From positions 144,567,862 through 144,631,861 of the forward strand of contig NC_052158.1 in the NCBI RefSeq assembly GCF_902713615.1: DNA of 64,000 bases, written 5' to 3'. Shown piece after piece: positions 11,705 to 24,490 of this stretch. Below the pieces are notes generated by a model. It was not told the DNA's origin and did not search any database. It worked only from the letters and a program-made list of their open reading frames with translations. How positions within the stretch are numbered: position 1 is the first letter of the stretch; each line of letters begins with the position of its first letter. This DNA comes from Scyliorhinus canicula. Taxonomy: Eukaryota. Made by a program: the position numbers and the translations under genes.

Positions 11705-13722
11705 GAAGATAGAATCACAGAATTGTTACAGAATGAGGCCATTTGGCCCTTCACATCTGCACCAGCTCTCTGAATGAACACCTCACCTATTGCCGTTCCC
11801 CTGCCTTCTCCCGGTAACCATGGAATTCTTGCTTTTTATATAACCGTCTAATTCCTTTTGGAAGCCTCGATTGAACCTGCCTTCACCACTCTCTCAGGCA
11901 ATACATTCCAAACTCCACCCACTTGCTGTGTAAAAATGTTTCTCCTCATCTGACTCCTCCTTCTTCTACTAATTATTTCAAATCTATGCCCTCTCATTCA
12001 CAAATGTTCACTAAGTGGGAACAGTTACTCCTATTTGCTCTCGACCGAACACTCTTGATTTTGTTTCTTTTATAAATTTGGAGTACACAATTATTTTTTT
12101 CCAATTAAGGGGCAATTTCGTGTGGCCAATCCACCCAACTACTGCGCCACCCCCCTCTTGATTTTGAATACCTCTATTAATTCTCCTTAGAAACTTATTT
12201 TCTCCAAGAAAAACAGTCCTTACTTCTCCAATCTATGTTCATAACCGAAGTTCCTCATCCATGGAACCACTTGTGAATCTTTTCTGCATCCCCTCCAATG
12301 CCTTCCCAGAACTAGATGCAATATTCTAGCTGAGGATAAACTAGTGACTTGTACAAATTCAACGGGCAGCACGGTAGCATGGTGGTTAGCATCAATGCTT
12401 CACAGCTCCAGGGTCCCAGGTTCGATTCCCGGCTGGGTCACTGTCTGTGCGGAGTCTGCACGTCCTCCCCGTGTGTGCGTGGGTTTCCTCCGGGTGCTCC
12501 GGTTTCCTCCCACAGTCCAAAGATGTGCGGGTTAGGTGGATTGCCCTTAGTGTCCTAAAAGATAAGGTTAGTGGGGGTTGTTGGGTTGCTGGTGTGGGGT
12601 GGATACGTGGGCTGGAATGGGGTGGTCATTGCTCGGCACAGCGTCGAGGGCCGAGGGGCCTGTTCTGTGCTGTACTGTTCTAATAATTGCCTTGCTGTAA
12701 TATTCCATGTCCCTATTAATAAAGCCCATGATACTGTATGCTTGGGCAGCATGGTGGCACAGTGGTTAGCATTGTTGCCTACGGCGCTGAGGACCCGGGT
12801 TCGAATCCCGGCCCTGGGTCACTGTCCGTGTGGAGTTTGCACATTCTCCCCGTGTCTGCATGGGTTTCACCCCCACAACCCAAAAAGATGTGCAGGGTAG
12901 GTGGATTGACCACACTAAATTTTGCCTTAATTGGAAAAAATAATTGGGTACTCTAAATTTATTTCAAAAAAGATACTGTATACTTTATTAACTTCTCTCC
13001 AGACCAGTCCTGCTGCTTTCAATGCAGGTCCCTCAGCTCTTGCACTCCCTTTCATGTTATACCCTGAACTTTATATTGTTCCTCCATGTTCATCCCACCA
13101 AAATGAGTGACTTCATATTCCTCTACATTGAACTTCATCTGCCACCTGTCTGCACATCTCACCAACTTGTCCATGAGCTTTTGAAGTTCTACACTGTCCT
13201 TCACTGAGTTCACAATGCTTCCAAGTGTGGTACCATCTACAAATTCCGAAATCGTGTGAAGGATACCAAGGTCCAGTTCATTGTTATATACCAGGAAAGG
13301 CAATGGTCGCTAAGCCGACCTCTGGGGAATTTCACTACAAACCTTCCCCCAAAAGATCCACTAGCCACGACTCTAATTCCTCTCACTCAGTCAAATCTGT
13401 ATCCATGTTGCTACTGTTCCCCTTGTTCCATGAGCCATAACTTTACTCATAAGTCTGTTGTGCGACACTGTATCAAAGGTCTTTTGGAAGTCCATGTGCG
13501 TCACATCAACAACATTGCCCTCAATAACCCTCTCCAATACCTCGTCAAAAAACTTCAGCAAGTTAGTTGAACTTTGATTTTCTCTTCAGAAATCGCTGCT
13601 GGTATTCCTTTAATTAACCCTTTGTCCATGTGACTTAATGTTTTTCCATAATTATTGTCTCTAAGAGTTTCCCTGCCACTGAAGTTAAACTGACTGGCCT
13701 GTAATTGCTGGGTTTATCTTTC
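11705..13722 (-). mobile_element. Old CR1-clade fragments with nested SINEs (12364-12682, 12744-12970)
   Basis: Degenerate RT motifs (SEFVDGTTLG, WQMKFNVEEYEVTHFG) and CR1-type 3' end. Confidence 0.75.
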
Positions 13723-13990
13723 AGTTGATAATTATAATTTATCTTAACCATAGGAAGGAGATTGCTCTGGTGTTGCTCTGGTGAACAGCCAGGTGAGGGG
13801 CTTCATTGGTAAAGACCTTTGGCGCCAGCCACTCACCCTCCTTACACCTTCAGCAATGAATTGTGTTTAGCAAAAGGAGGGTAAATTCTTCAAGTTCTCA
13901 GCAATAAACTACAAAGAAAAGAGTGGAGATGAATAATTGATAATGTGTAATGTAATGCAATGTTATTGTCTCTTTTTTTTACACCAATAG

Positions 13991-14842
13991 ATGATCTTCC
14001 CTGCATGGGTATTCTTGGAATTTTGGGATACAAATGATTGCACGGACTGCTGTGACTCCTGCCAATGCCCACCACTGTGCTGCCAATCCTGCCAATGCCA
14101 GCAATGCCCCGAATGTTTCTCCTGCGGTCCTTGCCCAACCTGCGACTGTCCATACTGCCGGGAATGCCAGACGTGTGAACCTTGCCCCGCCTGCGACTGC
14201 AGACCCTGCCGTGACTGCCCTCCATGCCAAGCCTGTGCCAACTGCGAGTGCCCGCGTTGCCGCGATTGCCAGATATGCAAACCCTGCACCACCTGCGAGT
14301 GCCCGAAATGCCGTGCCTGCGAGCAGTGCACGCCCTGCGAGTCCTGCGATTGCAAGCGCCTCTGTGAATGCCCGCCGTGCAAACCCTGTGAGACCTGTAA
14401 CTGCCAAAACTGCCGCGAGTGCCCAACCTGCAGACGCTGCCCCGCCTGTGAATGCAAACGGTGCAACTGCTGTCCCGACTGTAAATGCAGACCCTGCTGT
14501 GAATGCCCACCCTGCAGCTGCTCTCCTGACTGTAAATGCCCACCCTGCAGCTGCCCTCCCGACTGTAAATGCCCACCCTGCTGTAAATGCCCACCCTGCA
14601 GCTGCCCTCCCGCCTGTAAATGCCCACCCTGCAGCTGCCCTCCCGCCTGTAAATGCCCACCCTGCAGCTGCCCACCCTGCTGTGAATGCCCACCCTGCAG
14701 CTGCTGCCCCAACTGCGATTGCAAGACCTGCTGTGAGAACTTTTGGAAATGCTCACTCCTGTGTCAGTGCCTGGGTGCTGTTGGTGAAGCCTGTAAATGC
14801 CCAGAATCCTGTAGGTGCAAACCATGTATCAGAAATTTTCCG
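13991..14842 (+). CDS. TM4SF4-like: Gene A coding exon 2 (284 aa): end of TM2 plus a greatly expanded Cys-rich intracellular loop
   Basis: Acceptor tctttttttt acaccaatag|ATG and donor CCG|gtaagg, 852 nt, phase 0/0, no stops. Starts MIFPAWVFLEFWDTNDC (family MIFPALVFLGLKNNDCC) and ends CIRNFP (family CGKRFA). 98 Cys counted by hand. Confidence 0.9.
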
Positions 14843-15381
14843 GTAAGGAAGACAAGCAGAAAGTTTTATATTGCAATTGTTTAATGATAATTTGTATTTA
14901 TTTCCATCCATCTTTATTATTATCTGCTGAGATTGTGGGGAATTGACTGAGACTTTGACCCCTTCCAGTAGAATCTGTCAATGGATATTAAGATGTGCAC
15001 TTGGAAGCCGATATTCAATTTTCCCTTCCTCCCTGTGGAGAAGCATTTAGCTCTCCCCCTCACCATCATACAGTTGAGGCTGAGGGGATCTATGAGTTTC
15101 AGTACATCATCTTGGGGTTTCTATGGACCACGTTGATGTCCCTCTGGGTCTATTTCTGGTAATCATAGAACCAAACACTAACCATATAAGTTATGGCGCA
15201 AAGGTACCATTTGAACCATCGTCCCGATGTCCACATTTTGCTGTAGTTATAACACACTCCATTGCCTCAATCCCACCATATCCTTTCCTCAAATGTTAAA
15301 TTACTCTTCTCTTCAAAGGTACATGGCCTCTACTACTCCCAGAGGCAAAAGCATTCCATGAGGTACCACGTCACAGAATCG

Positions 15382-15980
15382 CAGTGATGGGCGACCTAGG
15401 TTAGTGAGTGGGCCGCATGAGTGACTCTCCTTCATCTCAGTGGGCCGCAAAACTGATATCAGGCTTTTACACTAACCACAACACCATGAATAAGATCAAA
15501 TACATGTAATGCACGCCAAATATTTCATAATGAGTTGTAGAAAATGCTTAATCATTCATATATTGGGGCAGCATGTGGCGCAGTGGTTAGCATTGGGACT
15601 ACGGCGCCGAGCATCTGGGTTCGAATCCCGGCCCTGGGTCACTGTCTGTGTGGAGTTTGCGTGGGTTTCACCCCCACAACCCAAAGATGTGCAGGTTAGG
15701 CGGATTGACCATGTTAAAGTGCCCCTTAATTGGAAAAAAAAATAATTGGGTATTCTAAATTTATTACACGGCTCTCACAATTCAGTCAGCGTGCACCTCA
15801 TTTCCTGTGCCCTTGCTTTTTGTGTGTCATACTTCAGTCATACTGGTAGGAAAAAAACTAGACTGACGGAAATCAGCGGAATGTGGCAACCCTTTGCATG
15901 GGTAACGGTCAACAAAATGTCTCGTGGGCCGCACTCAGAGCCCAGCTGGGTCCCCTCAGGCTATAGGTTGCCCACCACTG
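15382..15980. mobile_element. Non-autonomous hAT-like element with a nested SINE (~15565-15763)
   Basis: TIRs CAGTGATGGGCGACCT / AGGTTGCCCACCACTG. No TSD recognisable. Confidence 0.65.
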
Positions 15981-18900
15981 GACATTTTCCTAATGCCCTG
16001 TCGACTCTAACGTGTGACAATTTTTAATTGGAGATCGTTTGTCACAAATTCCCAGCCAGAGAAAATTTTAATTTTTTAATTTTACATAAATTTAGAGAAC
16101 CCAATTCATTTTTTTCCAATTAAGGGGCAATTCAACGTGGCCAATCCACCCACCCTGCACATCTGTGGGTTGTGGGGGCAAAACCCACGCAAACATGGGG
16201 AGAATGTGCAAACTCCACACGGACAGTGACCCAGAGCCGAGATCGAATCTGGGACCTCGGCGCCGTGAGGCAGCAGTGCTATCCAGTGCTGCCCTCCAGC
16301 CTGAGAAAATAACCTATCCCTATTCACCTTATCAACGTCCTTTGAATTTTAACAAATCCTACTTATTCTCCTCTTAACCTTCTCTGCTCCTGTGGAAATA
16401 ATTCTAATTGAAGTCTGTCGATACAAGCAGATTTTAGGCCTGGAATCAGCTGAGTGAAATCTTTAATGTTCTCTGTATAAGGGAATGCTCAAAATTGGAA
16501 AAATTGCTCAAACTGTGGCCTTGCAAAGTAATTATCATATCATAACTTTTTACACAGTGCCCCATTCAGGAAATACAAATTTCCTTTGTCCTTTTTGTGA
16601 ATTACATATTTGCACACCCACCTATTCATATGTATTCACATCCTTCAGCAACTTTACTCACACCTCTCCACATTAAATTGTGTCCGCTACCTCTTTAATT
16701 ATCTTGTTGACCTTTTTTTATGTCCTCCTGAAGTTATTTAAAGTTCTCCTGGCTATTTGCCATTTTTGTCATTCACACAAGGACATAGAAATTTGGAGCA
16801 GGAATTAAACCATTCAGCCCCTCAAGCCAACTCCGCTAGTCAATGAGGTCATGGTTGATCTGATGTGACCTTTAGTCCACTTTCCTCCCTGACCCCAGTA
16901 AAGCTTGACTTACTTGCCAATGAAAAATCTGTCTAACTCAGCCTTGAGTATATTCAAAGATCACATCTAATTTGTCTAAACATCAGTGAGTATAGGCCCA
17001 ACCTGCTCAACCTTTCCTCATCTGGCAACCTCTTCATGCCACGAATCAGCCTTGTGCATCTTCTCAAAACTGCTTCCAACATCGGTAAGTCCCTCCTTAA
17101 GAAAGGTGGTTTAGTGGCATTGTCACTGGGGTAGTAATCCAGAAACCCAGGGTGAAGACCAAGAAATAAGTCACAGAAAAGACTGATAGGTACGGGAGTT
17201 GGTTTCCAAAGATCTTGGTGAGCGTTCTGAATGAGGGATCTTTACCCAGAATTGTACTGTGAAAATATTTGCTGCAGAGATCAAGCAAAGCAAGAAAAGA
17301 GATCCAAACTCATAAGGGGAGTGGTGAGAAAGGCAAAGAGAGAGATGCACAAGGGACGGGGGTATAATAATATGGTGGTTCTGCTGCTGGACTCATGGTC
17401 CGGATGCCTGAGGTAATGATTCAGAGATACAAGTCAAATCTCCACTGTAGCAACAAGTGAATTTAAATTCAATTACTGGATTACCGTTAAATCACCATCT
17501 GGTTCACTAATGTCCTTTAGAGAAGGATATTTGTCATCCTTACCTAGTCTGTCTCGAGCAAACAGCCACTCTTAACTGAAGTGGCCTCGAAGGTATTCAG
17601 TGCTATTCTAGACGGTGACTCGTCAGCACTTTCTCAAGGGATGGCCATAAATATTGGCTTTGCTGGCAAAAGAAGCATAGAACTGTAGAACCACTGTGGG
17701 TCGGAGAATCGCCGGGGGGGGACGGGGACGGCATGAATCCCGCCCCGCCGCTCCGACGCCGGCTGCCGAATTCTCCGGCGCCGGATTTTGGGCAGGGTCG
17801 GGGATTGCGCCGCACCGGTCGGGGGCCGTTGGCAGCGGCCTCCCCGGCAACTCTCCACTCGGGGAAACAAGTGACAATGTCGACCATGTCTCGGCCCCTC
17901 ACAGTTAGGTGGACCTCAATCCAGTCACCCCTCAGCCACCTCTGTTGTAAAGAGAACAGCCCATGCTCTGTGAATGAACAGAAATGATGAACTGAAAAGA
18001 GCGCATTGAATATACCTTAAGTAGAAGGATTGACCACTCAGCCCTCAATTGCGTTATGGCTGCTCTGCATTCTAAACATGGACCTGTTTTGGTTCCAATA
18101 ACCTTGCTGAACAAAAGTCTATCTACCCAGTTTAACAATTTCTTTTTTTTAATACTAAATTTAGAGTACCCAATTATTTTTTTCCAATTAAGGGGAAATT
18201 TAGTGTGGGCAATCCACCTAACCTGCGCATCTTTGGGTTTTGGGGGTGAAACCCACGCAGACGCAGGGAGAATGTGCAAACTCTACAGGGACAGTGACCT
18301 GGGCCCGATTTCGAACCTGGGTATTCAGCGCCGTGAGGCAGCAGTGATAACCACTGCGCCACCGTGCCGTCCTGGCTTCACCCTTGAATGACCCGTCTCT
18401 AGTTTTAACCTCATAAAATGTTTACCTTTGCTGTAACCAAGTGATGGTAAAGGCTGAGACAAACAGAAATAGAGCATTAGAAATGCTGCACCAACGAAAG
18501 GTGTGATAAGATAAAAAAAACAAATCGGAAAATTGTGTTAAAAGTGCGGAAATATTATGAAAGAGTCACCTCCAAGTTCTCATGACAAGCCGCTTGCCTA
18601 GTGGTTTCAGTCAACTTCATTCTGTGACTCCTTGCCCCCTTCACTTATTTTATTCATGGCAATGCCTCTACCAATTAGAGTCCATTTGCCAATCAATCAA
18701 CACTCTATTTTCATGCAACACAAAGTTGAGGGCGGGTTTCTCCGTCCCGCCGCGCCAGATTTCTGGTTCAGCACGCCATCGGGATTCTCCGTTTCGCTGG
18801 CTGGTCAATGGGGTTTCCCATTGTATGACATCTCCACACCCTCGGAAACCTGTGAGCTGCAGGCAAAACGGAACATCTTGACGGCGGAGAATTCAGCCCG

Positions 18901-19257
18901 TTGTTTCCCTGGACACTGGTATTCTTGTGATCGTCCTGATGAGTGTATGATGAAAAGCTTCGACAAAATTTTTTTTTTCAGCGATACTCACCGTGCTACC
19001 ATATGGCCATTTATTTCTTCTTTTATTAATTCATGGAAAGGCCAGCATTCATTGTCCATCCCTAATAGCCCTTGAGAATTTGGTGTTGAGTCACCAAGTA
19101 TCATGTTTGACCATTTCAGAGGACAGTTAAGGGCCAACCTCCTTGCTGTGGGTCTGGAGTCACATGAAGACCAGGTCAGGTAAGGATGGCAGATTTCCTT
19201 CCCTGCAGGATGAACCAGATGGGCTTTGCAACCGCCCATTGGTTTCATGGTCTTTAT

Positions 19258-21300
19258 GGGCGGAATCTTCTATTTTGAAGTCAAGGTTTGATGGTGGACG
19301 TGGAGTCAGAATGATTTCTGCAGGGGGTGGTGGGGAGGGCTGGGGGGGTACACCAGCTGACCATGTGTAATCTTGTGCAGCTCAGCTTATTGCCTGCACC
19401 TCCATGCCGAGCACAGCGAATCTCATGATGGTGGCGGGCAGGCATTCGCCGTCCCTGCCCTTACCTCATGGAGTCCAAGGTCCGGGCGCCATCTTGAAAG
19501 GGCAGCGGGATGGCTCTTCCCTGACTCCAGGTCAGGACCTCCTGATTCTGCCACAGTCTGGATGTTCCAGGAAAGAAAGCAGCATGTGGGCCCTCGGTCC
19601 AGCGAAGGCTCCCTGGAGATTCTCTTCCTGGAAATCCAGGAAGGCAAGTGGTGATTTCCCAGGAATAGCAGGGGGAAGGCCTCCTATCTGACCTGGTGGC
19701 TAGGAAGGCGGTCACAGCAGAGGTCTGCACCCATGGGGCCCAGCATAGAAGGGCGGGATTCTGCTGGAATCGGCGGGGCGGGCACTCCGGCGTGAAGTAG
19801 TTGCGTGAACCACTCCGCGTCAGGCCGCCCCAAAGGTGCGGAATCCTCCGCACCTTCAGGGGCTAGGCCGGCGCCGGAGTGGTTTGTGCCCCACCGGCGG
19901 GTGCGGAAGGGGCTTGGCGCCATGCCAACCGGTCTTGAAAGGCCTCCTGCCGGCCGGCGTGAGTTGGCGCATGCGCGGGAGCGCCAGCATTTGCTGGCGT
20001 CATCCCAGTGAACACGCAGGGGGGGGTTCATCTCCGTGTCGGCCATCGCAGAGGACCCCAGCGGCCGTCGCAGAAGAATAGAGTGCCCCCACAGCACAGG
20101 CCTGTCCGTGGATTGGTGGGCCCCGATCGCTGGCTAGGCCACCATGGGGGCACCTCCCGGGGCCAGATCCGCCCGCGCCCCCCCCCCCCCCCCCCCCCCG
20201 AGGACCCCGGGGGCCGCCCGTGCAGCCAGGCCTCGCCGGCAAATACCTGGTGTAATATACGCCAGCGGGACTGGCCGAAAATGGGCAGCCACTCGGCACA
20301 TCGCGGGCCGGAGAATCGCCGGGGCGAGGGGGGGGGGCTGCCTGCGGCCGCTGACCGGCGCGGCGCAATTCCCTCCCCACCAAATCCCCGGCGGCGGAGA
20401 ACATGGCAGCCGGGGGGGGCGGGATTCATGCCGTCCCCCCCGACGATTCTCCAACCCGGCAGGGGTCGGAGAATCCCGCCCCAGACGTCCAACAGCATCG
20501 CAAGAGGATGACTGATCTGCTGCACTCCAGGAGGGTCCATCTGCACCTGAGCTGGATCCAAATCTCAAAACCTCACCTTTAGGAGGCCTATTATCTGTTC
20601 AATCACAGACCTGGCAAAGACATGTGCATCATTGTAGCACTTCTCAGAAGCACCCTGCAGATGATTAACTAGCATCAACAGCCATGTTTCATTTGTTTGC
20701 AATCCCTGCAATCACTGAGATCCTTCAAAAGGCTGTGGCACCAGGAAATGGGTCAGAATGTAGGCATTGTGTGGGTTTGCTGGGAATCGAGCAAAACATA
20801 CAGGACTTTATCATCTGGGATCACAAATCAGCTACACATTCAAAGGATGGCATCCTTTTCTATTGATCGATGTTACTGACTGCTGCCTGGGAGCTCTCAG
20901 GGCCACACGTGTACAGTCAATTGCACCTTGCACTTGGAGGGAACCTGAGATTGCTACAAATCCAAACACCCTTTCAGCCTGCCTTTCAGGATCCAGACGG
21001 AATTGATCAAATTGGTGTGCTGTCCTAAACAGGGCATCTGTCACCTTCCATAGGCACTTGTGTGTCACTATCTGGGAGACGGTGCACAGTTCCCTCGGGA
21101 TCCCCAGATATAACCTATGTCACAGGAACAGGGTTCCCTCCAAGTCTTTACGCCCACAGGCCATCATGGAGAGGTTGGCAGAAGTGAGCAACCACATTCA
21201 GGACATTCAAATGCTCCCCTGGCATCGTCTTTAACTCATCTGTAGATAACTCCAGCGCCGGCAATAGATTCAAGGTCGGGCCATTGCTAGCTGTTGACAC
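19258..21300. mobile_element. Decayed autonomous PIF/Harbinger DNA transposon: Myb/SANT-like ORF remnant (+) and DDE transposase remnant (-)
   Basis: Minus strand ~20700-21300 reads VQGAIDCTRVALRAP...NRKGCHPLNV*LICD...ARFPANPHNAYIL (HARBI1-type motifs, with stops). Plus strand ~19590-19750 and 20485-20535 reads PRSSEGSLEIL...KAVTAEV...QQHRKRMTDLL (Myb-like). TIR-like GGGCGGAAT at 19258; right end not defined. Confidence 0.75.
19751..20481. mobile_element. GC-rich Harbinger-type MITE nested in the Myb-like ORF of the decayed Harbinger
   Basis: TIRs GGGCGGGATTCT / AGAATCCCGCCC. Related pieces at ~17697-17855 and ~26235-26875. Confidence 0.75.
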
Positions 21301-23031
21301 AGACACTGTTTGCCAGCATCCTGACCTTCTAAAGGCCTTGCTGCCTCTAGCTACACAGGCCCTTGCTCCTCCTGGCCTTGTGCCAACCTGTAACTAACCC
21401 TCCTTCTCCTCCTGTGGGTGAGAACCGGTACAAAGACAGGGTTGTCCAGAGCCTGCACCATCTACATCTCAGTGGATCTGTGAACAAATTAAATAATACA
21501 TCTAGTGAGCATATATTTTACAGGTTTGCCTCCATCTCAGAACCACCAAGCCAGAGCCAAATCCTGTGCCTGGCCTTTGTCTAGACATGGTGCCCCCACC
21601 CTTTCCAGATGAAGGACATCTCCAAGGACCAGAAATGGATGTTTCTCTCATCGAAGACTGCACATGGAGACATTGCTCCTTGACCAGGGTGATGAGAGCC
21701 ATGTGTGGGTAACCTTCAAGAGTCTATCGAGAGGCCATTCCCTTGGCACCATAGAAAGACTAACCACATGGGCTCTGGCAAGTCGTGATCATTCATCCAG
21801 GAGGATGGAGGTCTCATTTTATTTGGCCAATTATGCTGACCATTCCTCCACCCATCTGAAAAGACACTTCTCCCACTTCAAGGTATCGCAATTTTAAATC
21901 AATTTTCATGCCTTGTTGTTACCGGACCAATGGTGTGTGTCAGTTCTAAGACTTGCTTCACCACCTTCTAGCATCTCCCTGTCACCCACCAACCTCCCCC
22001 CCCCCCCCCCCCCCCCCCATCATCCTGGACCCACCCAGTATTCCTCTCCCCTCTGTCACCTTTGAACTTCCCCCGTTACCCTGACCCCTATCACGATCCA
22101 CTTCCACATGTCTTCTCTTCCCTCAGTGCCGACGCGTGTACCGTTCCCATGGCCATCCTGACCCCTCCATTATCCTAGTCACCTGTGGAGCCTGCTTCTG
22201 TGAGCCCCCCCCCCCCCCCCACCAAATATTCAGCTATCTGACTATCATCCTGGACCTGCCATCCGACCACATCCAACTAGCCCCTCTGCCTGTGAATATT
22301 CCCTCCTTTGTCCAGCATCTTCAGTTCAACAACCAGGACCCAACATTGCTGACAACACGGACCCCACCATCCAGGGTCATCTCTCTCCAACCAAACATGC
22401 CCACAATCTCCTCACCTCATCCAGCCACAGGGCTCCCAGACCCAACAATTGAGGGGGGGGGGGGGGGGGGGGGGACGAGCGGGGGTTGGTTCACGGAAGC
22501 CTCAACAAGGTTGGGGGAGTGAGGGGGAGGCGATAAGGCTGGGGGGGCCTGGAAGGGGGAGTGCTGAAAGGCAGAGTGGGGCGGAGACTGGAGCTGCTGA
22601 CCACAATGGCCCTTCCCTCTATCCCATGATGGGATTAAACACCTGTCTTTGATGGAAAAAATAAAAGATTTTCATTTATATAGCAACTTTCACAGCCACA
22701 CAATATCTCAATGAGTTACTTTTGAAGCAAAATCGCTCTTGTAATGTATATTTTTTAAAGGGCAATTTAGCTTGGCCAATGGGCATCTTTTTGGGTTGTG
22801 GGGGTGAGTCCGCACAGACATGCGGGGAATGTGCAAACTCCACATGGGAATTGACCCGGGATTGGGATAGAACCTGGGTCCTCAGCTAACCACTGCGCCA
22901 CCAAGGTGCCCCCACTGTTGTAATGTAATGCAGAAGCCAATGTGTTCACAGCAAGGTCCCACAATCAGCAAGGTAATAATGAGACAAGAAGCATTTTTTG
23001 TGATGTTGATTGAGCTATAAATATTGATCAG

Positions 23032-24133
23032 AGAACATAATAAGAACATAAGAACTAGGAGCAGGAGTCGGCCATCTGGCCCTTCGAGCCTGCTCCGCCA
23101 TTCAATGAGATCATGGCTGATCTTTTGTGGACTCAGCTCCACTTTGCCACCTGAACGCTATAACCCTTTATTTCTTTCTTCTTCAAAAAACTATCTATCT
23201 TTATCTTGAAAACGTTGAATGAAGGAGCCTCAACTGCTTCACTGGGCAAGGAATTCCATAGATTCACAACCCTTTGAGTGAAGAAATTCCTCCTAAACTG
23301 AGTCCTAAATCTACTTCCCCTTATTTTGAGGCAATGCCCCCTAGTTCTGCTTTCACCCGCCAGTGAAAACAACTTGCCCGCATCTATCCTATCTAGTCCC
23401 TTCATAATTTATATGGTTCTATAAGATCCCCCCCACCCCCCCACCCCCCCTGCATCCTTCTAAATTCCAACGAGTACAGTCCTAGTCTACTCAACCTCTC
23501 CTCGTAACCCAACCCCCTCAACTCTGGGATTAACCTAGTGAATCTCCTCTGCGCACCCTCCTGCGCCAATACGTCCTTTCTCAGGTAAGGAGACCATCAA
23601 TACTCCAGGTGTGGCCTCACTAACACCTTATACAGTTGCAGCATAACATCCCTAGTCTTAAACTCCATCCCTCTAGCAATGAAGGACAAAACCCCTTTCG
23701 CCTTCTTAATCAACTGTTGCACCTGCAAACCAACTTTTTGCGACTCATGCACTAGCACACCCAGGTCTCTCTGCACAGCAGCATGTTTTAGTATTTTATC
23801 ATTTAGATAATAATCCCTTTTGCTGTTATTCCTACCGAAATGGATAACCTCACATTTGTCAACATTGTATTCCATCTGCCATACCCTAGCCCATTCACTT
23901 AACCTATCCAAATCCCTCTGCAGACTTCCAGTATCCTCTGCACTTTTTGCTTTACCACTCATCTTAGTGTCGTCTGCAACTTTGGACACATTGTACTTGG
24001 TCCCTGACTCCAAATCTGGGTCCAACACTGATCCCTGAGGGACACCACTAGCTCTTGATTGCCAACCAGAGAAACACCCATTAATCCCCACCCTTCGCTT
24101 TCTATTAACTAACCAATCCTCTATCCATGCTAC
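23032..24133 (-). mobile_element. 5'-truncated CR1-clade LINE
   Basis: GVPQGSVL, ADDTK, LVRPHLEY and FFTQRVVNLWNSLP motifs, with a (TAAGAACA)n-type tail. Confidence 0.88.
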
Positions 24134-24490
24134 TACTTTTCCCAGCAGCACGGTAGCACAAGTGGATAGCACTGTGGCTTCACAGCGCCAGGGTCCGAGG
24201 TTCGATTCCCAGCTGGGTCACGTCTGTGCGGAGTCTGCACGTTCTCCCCGTGTGTGCGTGGGTTTCCTCCGGGTGCTCCGGTTTCCTCCCACAGTTCAAA
24301 TGCGTGCAGGTTAGGTGGATTGGCCATGCTAAATTGCCCTACGTGTCAAAATAGGTTCGGAGGGGTTATTGGGTTACGGGGATATGGTGGAAGTGAGGGC
24401 TTAAGTGGGTCGGTGCAGACTCAATGGGTCGAATGGCCTCCTTCTGCACTGTATGTTCGATGTTAACTCCCCTGCTCACCTTTAAGTCAT

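Noticed and set aside
13890-14846. Overlapping antisense and alternative-frame ORFs (Gln/Gly/His-rich 253 aa, 311 aa, Ala/Pro-rich 270 aa)
   Set aside because: Shadows of the TGC/TGT/CCN-rich coding frame. Only the Cys frame has family homology at both ends and matching splice phases.
13991-14884. Stand-alone single-exon keratin-associated or metallothionein gene nested in an intron
   Set aside because: The ATG sits directly after a splice acceptor, the N-terminus is the second half of TM4SF TM2, and a donor at 14843 restores frame with exon 3. It is better explained as exon 2 of gene A, although an extra isoform is not excluded.
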